NCBI GenBank assembly: GCA_022627495.1
Contig: JAKEGJ010000016.1
Coordinates: forward strand, 16,995-80,994
Direction: 5' to 3'
DNA length: 64,000 nucleotides
From: Candidatus Micrarchaeota archaeon
Lineage (GTDB): Archaea; Micrarchaeota; Micrarchaeia; Anstonellales; Bilamarchaeaceae
The position numbers were made by a program, and so were the translations under genes. This document shows, piece by piece, positions 36,404-45,924 of the stretch. Position 1 is the stretch's first letter. Each line of letters opens with the position of its first letter. Below the pieces are notes generated by a model. The model saw only the letters and a program-made list of their open reading frames with translations. It searched no databases and had not been told where the DNA came from.

Positions 36404-36407
36404 TGCC

Positions 36408-36932
36408 ATGCGAATTATAATCACCGGCTCCCCCGGAACTGGCAAATCCGCGATAGCCCGGGCGCTGTCGGAACGCACCGGCCTCCCCCTTATCGACATC
36501 AAGCGCGTTGCGCGGGAGCGCGGGCTCGTGGGGAAAAGCCACGAAGTCGATTTGAAGAAGCTCGCCGCCGCATTGCGCCCCCCCACGAAGAAAAAGGATT
36601 TCATAGCCGAAGGCCACCTCGCCTGCGAAATCCGCCTGCCTGCTGACTTCGTATTCGTCCTCCGCACCGCACCCCGGGTATTGCGCCGCCGCCTCGCACG
36701 GCGCGGATACAACAAAAAAAAGCTCGAGGAGAACCTGGTGAGCGAGATGCTCGACTACTGCGTGCAAAGGGCTGAAATCGTTTATCGCCGAATGCCGCTG
36801 GAGCTGGACACATCGCAAAAAAGCGTTTCCGCCTGCGTTGGCGCAATACTCCGGGCGATGAAGCAAAAAAAGAAAAAACTTGACACCGTAGACTATTCAT
36901 CGGACCTGAAACGGCACCTTAAAGTACGGTAG
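36408..36932 (+). CDS. AK6/Fap7-type adenylate kinase
   Basis: TGSPGTGKS, EGHL and RRLARRGY..KK..EN motifs. Confidence 0.85.
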   Translation: MRIIITGSPGTGKSAIARALSERTGLPLIDIKRVARERGLVGKSHEVDLKKLAAALRPPTKKKDFIAEGHLACEIRLPADFVFVLRTAPRVLRRRLARRGYNKKKLEENLVSEMLDYCVQRAEIVYRRMPLELDTSQKSVSACVGAILRAMKQKKKKLDTVDYSSDLKRHLKVR

Positions 36933-36941
36933 GGTTGGTAG

Positions 36942-37454
36942 ATGCTTATGAAGGAGGAAAAAAAGCTGATTGAGGCGGCGCTTTTCATGAGCTCCCGCGC
37001 GATGTCGCTCGAGGAGTTCCGGACGCTGACCGGCATCGGCGCGCTCGGCTACATCCAGAACGTCCTGGCGGAGCTGAAGAAGGATTACGACGAGCGGGAG
37101 AGCGCGGTCGAGATATCGGAAAGCGACGGAAAGTTCTCCATGCGCGTCCGTGCGGGCCTCATTTCCCGCGTCAAGCAGTTCGCGCAGGACACGGAGATAA
37201 GCAAGAGCGCGCTCCGCACGCTCGCATACCTGTCGAAGCACGACGGGATGCTGAAATCCGAGCTTGTGCGCAAGGTCGGCACGCAGGCGTATGCCGACGT
37301 CAAGGAGCTTGTGGATGCGGGGTTCCTCAAGTCCCACAAATCCGGCCGCTCATCCAAACTCACGCTGACCGAGAAGTTTAAAGTATATTTCGTGCAGGAG
37401 AAGCAGGAGAGCGCGTCTCCGGCGGAACAGCCTCCGGAGCAGACAACCCTGTAG
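36942..37454 (+). CDS. scpB: SMC-Scp complex subunit ScpB
   Basis: LIEAALF, ISKSALRTLAY and LTEKF motifs. Confidence 0.88.
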   Translation: MLMKEEKKLIEAALFMSSRAMSLEEFRTLTGIGALGYIQNVLAELKKDYDERESAVEISESDGKFSMRVRAGLISRVKQFAQDTEISKSALRTLAYLSKHDGMLKSELVRKVGTQAYADVKELVDAGFLKSHKSGRSSKLTLTEKFKVYFVQEKQESASPAEQPPEQTTL

Positions 37455-37587
37455 ATTTTTTCCCCAGCTGAGGTCCAATTGAACGCTTTGCGTTCAATGG
37501 CCCTCATCAACTCGCTGCGCTCGTTGCTGAGGTCGCAGAGAACTTCGTTCTCTGGACGATCAGCTAAGGTGAAACGCCTGTTTTCAC

Positions 37588-37751
37588 GCTGACGTCGCAT
37601 AACCTGGTAGTGCGCCGGTCTTGAACGGCATCCAGCTTCCAGCCATCGGTTTCCGGTTCCGTGTTTCGGAACCGAAAACTGGAAACAGGAAACTGGAAAC
37701 CCGTGTGAACCGGTCCCCCTGGGATCGCAGGTTCAAATCCTGCCGTCAGCG
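37588..37751 (+). tRNA. tRNA-Ser(TGA) with anticodon-loop intron (about 37626-37707)
   Basis: GCTGACG/CGTCAGC plus discriminator G, CCGGT/ACCGG anticodon stem, long variable arm, GCAGG-TTCAAAT-CCTGC. Intron is 82 nt; the junction is ambiguous by 1 nt and the BHB helix is imperfect. Confidence 0.88.
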
Positions 37752-38003
37752 TTTTTCCCTTCTTTAGCCACGCGCATGCAGCTGCAGCCCTAAGGGAAAA
37801 ACGATGTGAAGGGAACAAAATTCCCTTCGTCGGCGATTTTATTTTCAAAAAATTGCAGTCCAAGGACGGTTCGCCGTTCTTGAACACAGCGATTCTTTTT
37901 TGAATGCGAGCCTGCCGGCTCGCAGTCGTTTATCCGGCGCAGATTATGCCCCGTGCAAGTCCGCATCCTATATTTATTAACACGACCAGACATCATAAAT
38001 CAT

Positions 38004-38189
38004 ATGAAAGTCAAATGTGACAAGTGCAAGGCCTTCTGCTCGGGCGATATCGACGAACTCATCACGCTTGGCTGGAGCCAGGCGACAATCGCCAAGCCTG
38101 AAAAAAAGGTATTCACCCGCTGTCCTGCCCACCGGGCCGGCCTGACCGAAGAGGTCGGCAAGGCGCGCGGCGTAAGGATTGGCGGCTGA
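38004..38189 (+). CDS. Small putative zinc-binding protein
   Basis: CDKC...GW...CPAH; TATA-like TATTTATTAA upstream. Confidence 0.6.
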   Translation: MKVKCDKCKAFCSGDIDELITLGWSQATIAKPEKKVFTRCPAHRAGLTEEVGKARGVRIGG

Positions 38190-38217
38190 CTTTTCATCTG
38201 CCGCAAAGCAATGCGGC

Positions 38218-39555
38218 TCATTTCCTGCCGCATCTGGCTTTGAGGTCCTGGTATGCCTTTAGCACTGCGGCCCCGTAATCGCGTCCCCCCTGGAGAAGCG
38301 GCAGTTCGCAGTCGTTCACATACTGGACGAAATCGCTGTACCCATAGCACTGGCCTGGCGGCGATTTGACCGGCCTGCCTGCGCTGCACCTTACGGAGTC
38401 GCCCCCGCCTTCGCCGGAATTGCAGTACGAGTCGGTCACAGCAGAGCTTTGGGCGAACCCGTATGCCCAGCAGTCCCCGTTCGAAATGGAGCTTGAGCAC
38501 CTGGGATGGTCCGCCGACCTTTCCCTGCTGCCCCATTGGCCAAAGTACATGTTTGCAAGCACGTACATCGCAATGCCCTCCTCGCCCCGCGTGTTGTTTT
38601 CGGCTAGCCCCAGCTGGGCCCGATGGCCTTTCACCCAGGCGCGCGCAGCCCTCTGGAAGCGCTCGAGCCTGGCCGTTCCAAGGCAAATGGCATCGTCGCT
38701 GTTGAAGGGATTGAAGCGCGGATTGCACGCCCGTGCCTCGCTGAAATCGGACGAACAGGATAAGCCGGCGCGTTCAAGCACATCGAAATACGGGCCGTCT
38801 ACTCCGTCAGGATGGTATGCCGCAGGCCAGTATGTCACTGGCGGCTCGAGGGTCTGGAAAAGGCCGGTGGCGAGCCATCGCCAGTCCGATGGTGCCGAAC
38901 CCGAGGCGGCCGGGGCATTCGTGAATGCGCACCTGCCTGCCGGGTCATGCATCTCATCAAAACCAACGTCATAACCCTGGTCTTTTTCCACCCCGGGCGA
39001 AGAACATGCGGCGTCATCGTAGCCTGCGCGGCAAACCCTGGCGGCCGCGCAATCGTCGAAGTTGCTCTGCGCCAGGACGAAGGCCCGGACAAGCAGGGGC
39101 ATAAGCCCGCGCTTTGCGGCCCAGCCTTCGATTGATGGGAAGCTTTTGCACGCATCCGGTCCGGCCTCGGATGCCATTTCAGGCGCAGCGCCGGCGGCCG
39201 GGATTCCTGCAGATGGCGCCGCTGGAGTTGCGCCCAAGGAGGATGTTGCGGAAGCGGCAGGTGAACCCGCCGCGGAAGGCGTTGCAGTGGCCAGTATGGG
39301 AACATGTGGCCGGGCGGACCGGGTTGGCGACGGGGCCATCGTAGGGCTGGATTGAACGGGCGTTTCCGCGGTTTGCGAGGCGGCCGCAGCCGGCGCGGAC
39401 TCCTCTTTCGGCTTGCACCCGATGCCTGATCCGGCAAGGAACACGGTGCCGATGACCGCGGCCGCTGCGAACGTCTCCTTCATCCGAGTGAATACGCCCT
39501 GCGGCCTTGCCCGCGCCTTGCCTTCCATTCCTGAATCAGTATGCCGAAGCTTCAT
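38218..39555 (-). CDS. Membrane-anchored SLT/lysozyme-like protein with Pro/Ala/Ser linker
   Basis: PLLVRAFVLAQSNFD, ATGLFQ, PFNSDDAICLGTARL and DYGAAVL parallel the SLT motifs in order. Confidence 0.6.
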   Translation of the reverse strand: MKLRHTDSGMEGKARARPQGVFTRMKETFAAAAVIGTVFLAGSGIGCKPKEESAPAAAASQTAETPVQSSPTMAPSPTRSARPHVPILATATPSAAGSPAASATSSLGATPAAPSAGIPAAGAAPEMASEAGPDACKSFPSIEGWAAKRGLMPLLVRAFVLAQSNFDDCAAARVCRAGYDDAACSSPGVEKDQGYDVGFDEMHDPAGRCAFTNAPAASGSAPSDWRWLATGLFQTLEPPVTYWPAAYHPDGVDGPYFDVLERAGLSCSSDFSEARACNPRFNPFNSDDAICLGTARLERFQRAARAWVKGHRAQLGLAENNTRGEEGIAMYVLANMYFGQWGSRERSADHPRCSSSISNGDCWAYGFAQSSAVTDSYCNSGEGGGDSVRCSAGRPVKSPPGQCYGYSDFVQYVNDCELPLLQGGRDYGAAVLKAYQDLKARCGRK

Positions 39556-39731
39556 GCCCCCACCCGATAACTTTTGCCTCTCGTTTCCTGAATATGTTGC
39601 GAAATGTTAATAAAAGTGTCCACACACCGAAAACGCGCAGGCTTCATTCCCGATGCGCCGCCGCCACACGTCCGGCCTGGTCCTGACCGACGCTTTTAAT
39701 AAGATTATCGTTGGGAATAAATGGCAAATGA

Positions 39732-40142
39732 ATGGCAGGTGAGGCTATGGAAGAAGACCGGATTGTGACAGAACTATTCTTGGAAAGGCCGAGTTTCAAA
39801 GAAGTCGCCAAAGTCGCCAAGGCCCTCGAAGTCGCAGGCGTCAAGAGCATCGTCATGCCCCCGGAGGACCGCAGCATCAACACGCACCTTATTGTCGAGA
39901 ACGCGGACCTCCCGAAGATACGGCCCGTCCTCAAGAAGCTCGGCGTCAACGCGATGGAGAAGGAGGTCATCATCATCCGCCTCGAAAACCGCCCGGGCAC
40001 CATGGCCGACGCTGCGAAGAAGATTTCCGACAGGGGCATAAACCTCGTCTACGCGTTCTCGGTTACGATGACGCCGACGCTTTCCTACGTGCTCCTGGGG
40101 GCATCCGACAACAAGCAGGCCCTCAAGGCCCTCTCAGAATGA
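39732..40142 (+). CDS. ACT-domain protein
   Basis: LENRPGTMA...ISDRGINL motif. Confidence 0.85.
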   Translation: MAGEAMEEDRIVTELFLERPSFKEVAKVAKALEVAGVKSIVMPPEDRSINTHLIVENADLPKIRPVLKKLGVNAMEKEVIIIRLENRPGTMADAAKKISDRGINLVYAFSVTMTPTLSYVLLGASDNKQALKALSE

Positions 40143-40187
40143 GCAATCCCTTGACATATCCGCGTTTTTCTTTTTCCCAATCTATTC

Positions 40188-41189
40188 CTACGATTTCCCC
40201 AGGTTGAACTTGTAGACGTGGAGTATCGGCGTATACTCGAAATCCTTTATCACAGGGCCGAAGCGGTCCCTCACCTCGCTCAATGTCTGCTGGAGCTGCT
40301 GGGGGCCGTCGATATCAACAGAAATGAGGATGTCCCACCTGCCTATGCACGTCATGAACAGGGTGATATGCGGATTCGACCTGCAGTACGCGTCGAATTC
40401 CATCTCCTTCTCGGTTGTTATGCCTTCGGTGGTTATAAGTATCTCATAATTCTGGATGCCTATTATGGACGGCTGGAAAATCGCCTTGTATCCCTGTATG
40501 ACGCCCATCGCCTCAAGCTTCTTGACGCGCATCCTCGCCGCATTGGTCGACATCCCGATTTTCGTCCCAATTTCAACTGCCGGAGTCTTGGCGTCTTTCG
40601 CGAGTATCGTTAGGATGGACAAATCCTTCCGGTCCAGCTTGCTCTTGCGGGGCGGGCCGCTGAAGAAAAGGGAGCCGACCCTTTCCGCGCCGCGCTTCTC
40701 AAGCAGGTAAGAGCGCGGGTATGACCGTATCTTCGTCGCGATGCTCACCGAATAGTTCTGGACGATGCCCGGGTTGTCCGAGAGTATCTTCCTGAGGATT
40801 TCGGAAAAAGTGACGCTGTCCTCGGCCATCACGCTGAAGGCGTAGTCGAACTTCCCGCCGCATGATGCCACCCAGCCGACCTGGGGGTGCGATACCAGGG
40901 AATCCAGGAACTTTCTCTTCTTCTCGGGATTCATGTGCCGTATCTGCACCCATACCTCGTGGTCGACGTATCCCAGTTTCGAGAAATCCACTATGGCGAC
41001 GAAGTTAACAATCGCCTTCTTCCCGATGAGCTTGTGCATGCGCGTCTCTGCCATCCTCTTCGAAATGCCGAGCTTTTCGCCCAGCTCGTTGACGCTCACC
41101 TTGCAGTTGCTCTCAAGCTCGTGGATTATCCTCCGCTCTATTTCGTCAAGGGTGTGCTGTCTCATCCGCTTAACCCCCTCATGTATCAT
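40188..41189 (-). CDS. Tandem Lrp/AsnC transcriptional regulator
   Basis: Two HTH plus AsnC units (LDEIERRII, LDRKDLSIL...RVKKLE..GVI). Confidence 0.9.
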   Translation of the reverse strand: MIHEGVKRMRQHTLDEIERRIIHELESNCKVSVNELGEKLGISKRMAETRMHKLIGKKAIVNFVAIVDFSKLGYVDHEVWVQIRHMNPEKKRKFLDSLVSHPQVGWVASCGGKFDYAFSVMAEDSVTFSEILRKILSDNPGIVQNYSVSIATKIRSYPRSYLLEKRGAERVGSLFFSGPPRKSKLDRKDLSILTILAKDAKTPAVEIGTKIGMSTNAARMRVKKLEAMGVIQGYKAIFQPSIIGIQNYEILITTEGITTEKEMEFDAYCRSNPHITLFMTCIGRWDILISVDIDGPQQLQQTLSEVRDRFGPVIKDFEYTPILHVYKFNLGKS

Positions 41190-41350
41190 ATCGCATCCGC
41201 AATTAAATAAATGATGCTTTTTCCACCTATTCCCGGGTTTTTTTGTTCAAATGCGACCCTTTGCCAACCCAATTCCATTTGCCGCCATCTTCGCGCAATT
41301 TACGCCGTAATTCCGTATGGTTTATATTTCTTTCCTGACACATCAGCATC

Positions 41351-42529
41351 ATGAACGCTCACCATCTAAAACAATATCGCCAGGGTCCGTGCTCCAAAGA
41401 CTTGACACCGGATGAGCGGTCCAAGATGGCGTTCCACGAACTCATCGTTACGCGCCTGGGCCTGTCCCCGTTCGAGCCGCTTATCGACCATCTCATCGTG
41501 AAGGAGGCCAAAGCCGGCCGCTTCCACCAGAGCAGCTGCGCAATCGCCTTGTACTCGAACGCATACACCCAGAAGGCGGTCTTCCCGCCTGACCATGCCC
41601 CCTTCGGATACATCAACCGGAGGGCCGGCGAGCTGTTCTCGTTCGGCGTGTACCGCCGAAGGGACGGCCAGCTCTTCGGAAGCATACTTCCCCTGACCGC
41701 GAACCTCCAGCAGATAGCGGAATTCACGCGGGATGCGATGTCCGTCCTGCCGCTGCGGGGCATCTACGTCCGCTTCCTGCGGACGCCGGACTACGCCCAG
41801 CTTGTTTCGAAATTCGGCTTCGCGCCCGCGAAAGAGGAGCCTTGGCTGAAAGACGCTCCCGAGGAGGACGAGAGCCTCTCGCACTCGCGCGTGGACCTGG
41901 GGAGGATTTTCACTTCGGATGGCAAGGATGTCGAATTCAGCCCGCTCAAGAGGAACCTGCGGCGGGCCGCGAACTTCCTCGACCGGTCCCGCCTGACATA
42001 CTCCTTCGTCCCCATCACGGCGGATAACTGCCATATCGCATGGGACGTCATCATGAACCATTTCACGATGCTTGAAGCGCGCGGCAAATTAATCGGCTCG
42101 ACACACCATGATTACGTAGGGCTTCTGCATCCGGACATACTTACGCTCAAGACCGTGACCGCGTATCTGGGGATGCTGGGCAAGCTTCCGATATCCGTTT
42201 TCATCAGCGAGCCCAACGGCAACAACGCCATCTCAGGATATGCCGGGATAACGCTCCGGGACATTGATTACCGGACAGGCTACCACCTGCCCGCCGGGCC
42301 GAAGGAGCGCGAAGCCATCCTGGCGCCGCACGGCTCAGGCGAACTCCTCCTCGGCTCTTCAGCCATTCCCACCTACGCCTTCATCCGCCTCTTCGCCCAT
42401 TTCCACGAGCAGGGATACCGCTATTTCTTCATGGGCGGCTCGGAGCACCCCGACATAGATACGTGGAAGCACCGGCAGATGGGCGCGGAGAAGGACCCGA
42501 CATACTGGGCCGTCTATATCCGCCCGTAA
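41351..42529 (+). CDS. GNAT-fold protein resembling DUF2156/aminoacyl-transferase C-terminal domain
   Basis: LKRNLRRAANFL helix and C-terminal GYRYFFMGGSE...WK; weak similarity only. Confidence 0.45.
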   Translation: MNAHHLKQYRQGPCSKDLTPDERSKMAFHELIVTRLGLSPFEPLIDHLIVKEAKAGRFHQSSCAIALYSNAYTQKAVFPPDHAPFGYINRRAGELFSFGVYRRRDGQLFGSILPLTANLQQIAEFTRDAMSVLPLRGIYVRFLRTPDYAQLVSKFGFAPAKEEPWLKDAPEEDESLSHSRVDLGRIFTSDGKDVEFSPLKRNLRRAANFLDRSRLTYSFVPITADNCHIAWDVIMNHFTMLEARGKLIGSTHHDYVGLLHPDILTLKTVTAYLGMLGKLPISVFISEPNGNNAISGYAGITLRDIDYRTGYHLPAGPKEREAILAPHGSGELLLGSSAIPTYAFIRLFAHFHEQGYRYFFMGGSEHPDIDTWKHRQMGAEKDPTYWAVYIRP

Positions 42530-42587
42530 GCCCTGCATGCAGGGCGTTCAGCTATCCCTTATATTCCCTTCTTTCCCAATCCATCTC

Positions 42588-43853
42588 ATGTCCGTCACGC
42601 TTATTCTGGGCCTCCAGTGGGGGGACGAGGGGAAGGGCAAGATAGTCGACATGCTCGCGAAGGACTACGAATACGTGGTGCGCTTCAACGGCGGCGACAA
42701 TGCGGGCCATACCGTCATCAAGGGCGAAGAGGTGTTCAAGCTCCATCTCGTGCCTTCCGCGGTGTTCTACCCGGAGAAATTCAAGGTCATAGGAAACGGA
42801 GTGGTCGTGAATCCCGATACGCTGATGCGGGAAATCGATGCCGCCGAGTCCCGCGGTTATTCGATGAAGAACCTTCTTGTCAGCTCGGACGCGCACATAA
42901 TCCTTCCCTGGCACACCATCATGGACGGGGGGCTTGAAGAAAGCGGGAAAATCGGCACCACGAAAAAGGGGATAGGGCCTGCTTACTCGGACAAGGCGTC
43001 GCGCACCTTCGCAATACGCGCCTGCGACCTGATGCTCCCGGAGCAGGATCTGAAGGAGAAACTAGCTAAAATCGCATCGCATAAGAAGAAGCTGTTCCGC
43101 TCCCTCGGCTTCCCGGATTTCGATGCGGAGGCGCTGTCGGCAGCCCTGCTCAAATCCGCAGGGAGAATACGGCCGCACATATCGGACACGCAGTTCGTTC
43201 TCAACGATGCCATCGGCAGGAACAGGAGCATCCTCCTGGAAGGTGCGCAGGGGGCGCTTCTTGATTTGGACCACGGGACCTTCCCGTATGTCACGTCCTC
43301 CAACACAACTTCCGGCGCAGGATGCACCGGCACCGGCATCCCGCCCCAAAAAATCCAGCGCATAATCGGCATCGCGAAGGCCTACACCACGAGGGTGGGC
43401 GAGGGGCCTTTCCCGACCGAGCTGAAAGACGGCACGGGCGAAATCATCCGGAAAGTCGGCCGCGAATTCGGCACCACGACCGGGAGGCCGAGGCGCTGCG
43501 GCTGGCTGGACCTGGTCGTCCTCCGCTACACGTGCATGATAAACGGCGCCACGGAAATCGCCCTCACGAAGCTCGACGTCCTGGGCGGGCTCCGGGAAAT
43601 CAAGGTCGCCACCGCTTACGATGTGGGGGGCAGGGAGACCGGCGATTTCCCGCTCGACCTTCCCCGCCTCGCGAAGGCCGTCCCCGTATACGAGACGCTC
43701 CCGGGCTGGGGGGAGGATATCTCCTCATGCAGGAGCGCCGGGGAGCTCCCCGCCAATGCCCGCAAATACGTCCAATACATCGAAAAGAAGCTCGGCGTCC
43801 CGGTGAAGATAATCTCCGTGGGCCCGAAAAGGGACGAGACGATCCAGGCGTAA
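42588..43853 (+). CDS. purA: Adenylosuccinate synthetase (long form)
   Basis: QWGDEGKG, NAGHT, GTTKKGIGP, EGAQG, EFGTTTGRPRRCGW and TKLD motifs. Confidence 0.97.
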   Translation: MSVTLILGLQWGDEGKGKIVDMLAKDYEYVVRFNGGDNAGHTVIKGEEVFKLHLVPSAVFYPEKFKVIGNGVVVNPDTLMREIDAAESRGYSMKNLLVSSDAHIILPWHTIMDGGLEESGKIGTTKKGIGPAYSDKASRTFAIRACDLMLPEQDLKEKLAKIASHKKKLFRSLGFPDFDAEALSAALLKSAGRIRPHISDTQFVLNDAIGRNRSILLEGAQGALLDLDHGTFPYVTSSNTTSGAGCTGTGIPPQKIQRIIGIAKAYTTRVGEGPFPTELKDGTGEIIRKVGREFGTTTGRPRRCGWLDLVVLRYTCMINGATEIALTKLDVLGGLREIKVATAYDVGGRETGDFPLDLPRLAKAVPVYETLPGWGEDISSCRSAGELPANARKYVQYIEKKLGVPVKIISVGPKRDETIQA

Positions 43854-43861
43854 TCCCCAAG

Positions 43862-44830
43862 TCAGCGCCTGGCCTGCGCATTCCCGGCCATGCTTATGAA
43901 CACTTCGACGCACGTTTTCAGCGACTCGGCGGTGTGCGCTTTAAGGGAAGCCCCTGCCGCCTTCGCGTGCCCGCCGCCTGCCCCGCCCAGCTCGCCGGCC
44001 ACCTCGGCCATCACTTCGTTCAGCGGCACATGCACGGTCTTGCGGGCCCTTGCCGATATCCGCGTCGCGTTCTCAGAGTCCTTCCATTTCGCCACGAAGC
44101 AGACGTCCGCCGCGTCGGCTATCAATGAAGCGGCGTCGCTTTCGTTGCTTCCCACTTCCGTGGTTGCTATGATATAGCCCCCCGCGTATACGAATTCCAC
44201 CCTTTTCATCGCGGTGAGCATCGCCAGTTTCGCCTCGGGCTTGGGGTCGGGCTCTGCAAGCTCCAGCAATTCGCGGTATTCCGCGCCGCAAATCCGCATC
44301 AGGCGGCCGAGCGTGTCGAACGTACGGGCCCTTGCCGACTTGAACCTGGCGGCATCGGCGATTATGCCCACCGACAGTGCGAACGCCTCCTTGCCCGCAA
44401 TGTCCGCTTCGGGCACGATGCCGGCGACTATTTCTGAAGCGGATGGCGATTCGGGGTCGATTATCTCGAATTCGCCTTTCATGTCGCGCCCGTCGGGCCG
44501 GTGGTGGTCGATGATGCAGAGGAGCTTCCATCCCCTGGCGTTGGGGACGAGCGTGAAAGCGCTCGTATCCACGACTATTAGCCCCTCGAAATCCTTCCGC
44601 TCAAGCGTCGCAAGCGGCACCGCACGGATGCCCAGTTTTTCGCAAAGCAGTCTTGCGCCCTCGTTCATCTCCTCGTCGGTGCAGATGACGCTGCCCGGGA
44701 GCGCTCTGCTCAGGGCGTACGCGGATGCTATGCCGTCCGCATCGGCGCGGTTATGGGTGGCAATCGCCACCTTCCTGCCGCAGTAGCGGGATAGGAAATC
44801 CCGGAAGACTTCACTCCCCGCCTTTTCCAT
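43862..44830 (-). CDS. DHH/DHHA1 phosphoesterase
   Basis: HNRADAD, VVDT, IDHH and GGGHAKAAG motifs. Confidence 0.9.
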   Translation of the reverse strand: MEKAGSEVFRDFLSRYCGRKVAIATHNRADADGIASAYALSRALPGSVICTDEEMNEGARLLCEKLGIRAVPLATLERKDFEGLIVVDTSAFTLVPNARGWKLLCIIDHHRPDGRDMKGEFEIIDPESPSASEIVAGIVPEADIAGKEAFALSVGIIADAARFKSARARTFDTLGRLMRICGAEYRELLELAEPDPKPEAKLAMLTAMKRVEFVYAGGYIIATTEVGSNESDAASLIADAADVCFVAKWKDSENATRISARARKTVHVPLNEVMAEVAGELGGAGGGHAKAAGASLKAHTAESLKTCVEVFISMAGNAQARR

Positions 44831-45164
44831 AGGCCTTCATTCTCTCCTGCAGCCTCTTCTGTGTGTCGATGACCAGCGTGCGGAGCTTCTCCTCCTGCTT
44901 GGAGATGGCATTGAGCTTGACATCAATCAATTCGTTCCTGTCCTTGAGGTCGCTTTCGGCAGTCTCCTTGGTCGTATGGAGCAGGATGGAGCCGACGGAG
45001 TGGTATACCTCGCCCTTGGCCTTCTTCAGTTCATCGAGGGCGTGCTTTATCTCGTTGAGCTGTATCTGGAGCTGGTGTTTCTGTATGAGCAGGACTTCGA
45101 GCTGCTTTTCCATGTTCTCGTATTCGACGAGCTCCCTGTTCAGATCTTCCTGTTCCTTCTTCAT
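44811..45164 (-). CDS. pfdB: Prefoldin beta subunit
   Basis: Coiled coils flanking VYHSVGSIL; conserved position after pcc1. Confidence 0.9.
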   Translation of the reverse strand: MKKEQEDLNRELVEYENMEKQLEVLLIQKHQLQIQLNEIKHALDELKKAKGEVYHSVGSILLHTTKETAESDLKDRNELIDVKLNAISKQEEKLRTLVIDTQKRLQERMKAYGKGGE

Positions 45165-45409
45165 TGTTGCACCTCTTGGGTTTTTTCTACGCCCTCGAAC
45201 ACCTGCAATGCCCGGAGGCATGCGTTCGCGGTTGCCCTCAGAGCGACGATGTCGTCTGCTTCTATGCCGAGCATGAGCGTGTCCGCCTTTCTTGTCAGTT
45301 TCAGTACGGAGCGGTTTCCGATGTCGCCTTCGTGCGAAACCGCCCTGAGGGCGGCATCCGCGGCCTTCGCGTCGGGAAACCCGACCTCGATGGCGCACCT
45401 GGCTTTCAT
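45161..45409 (-). CDS. pcc1: KEOPS complex subunit Pcc1
   Basis: IEADDIVALRATANACLR motif plus operon context. Confidence 0.85.
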   Translation of the reverse strand: MKARCAIEVGFPDAKAADAALRAVSHEGDIGNRSVLKLTRKADTLMLGIEADDIVALRATANACLRALQVFEGVEKTQEVQQ

Positions 45410-45699
45410 TGAATCCCTTCCGCTTCCCTGCTAATGTCTTTCCCCGATGGATTAAAAGGCTTTTCCCCGGACCAGCGCCATCCGCCCCTCTCGTCCACGG
45501 CTATCATTGCGATGACTGCGGCCTTTCCCGCGCGCTCCTCTATTATCGAAACAGTCCCCTCGCCAAGCCTTCGCGCCTCTTCTGCCAGGCGGGCGATGGT
45601 CTTCTTGCCCCGGGCCGCGTATCTCTCGTTATTCGAAAGAGCGATGGCCCTGGCAGTCCTGCGCGTCTCCTCCGAAGCATACCTGCTCGTAGTGTACAT
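45406..45699 (-). CDS. Short Brix-domain protein
   Basis: TTSRYAS..TR, RGKKTI and EERAGKA motifs; position in the exosome superoperon. Confidence 0.75.
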   Translation of the reverse strand: MYTTSRYASEETRRTARAIALSNNERYAARGKKTIARLAEEARRLGEGTVSIIEERAGKAAVIAMIAVDERGGWRWSGEKPFNPSGKDISREAEGIQ

Positions 45700-45757
45700 A
45701 TGGCGCTGCCCTTGTGCCGAGATTAGGCTATGAAGAAGATGGAATGAAGAAGAAAAA

Positions 45758-45892
45758 TCAGTCGGTGGCGACTTCCTTGGCTATCGGCGGCCTGGCTTTC
45801 AGGAGTATCTTCGCCCCGGTTGTCGGGAATGCGAACTTGCCCTCGTTGACTGCGACCGCGATTCCAGTTTTAGGATCCTTGTACTCACCCAT
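45758..45892 (-). CDS. rpoP: RNA polymerase subunit P (Rpo12), Cys-less variant
   Basis: MGEYKDPKTG...FPTTGAKILLKARPPIAKEV; matches the RpoP C-terminal signature and sits between L37ae and Brix. Confidence 0.8.
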   Translation of the reverse strand: MGEYKDPKTGIAVAVNEGKFAFPTTGAKILLKARPPIAKEVATD

Positions 45893-45924
45893 GAAACTTT
45901 CCTCCATATACACTCCGGTAAAAG

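Noticed and set aside
37564..37887. 107-aa ORF on the minus strand
   Set aside because: Antisense to tRNA-Ser and has no protein motifs.
45165..45398. N-terminal extension of prefoldin beta
   Set aside because: Out-of-frame overlap with pcc1; the start at 45164 gives an ATGA overlap.
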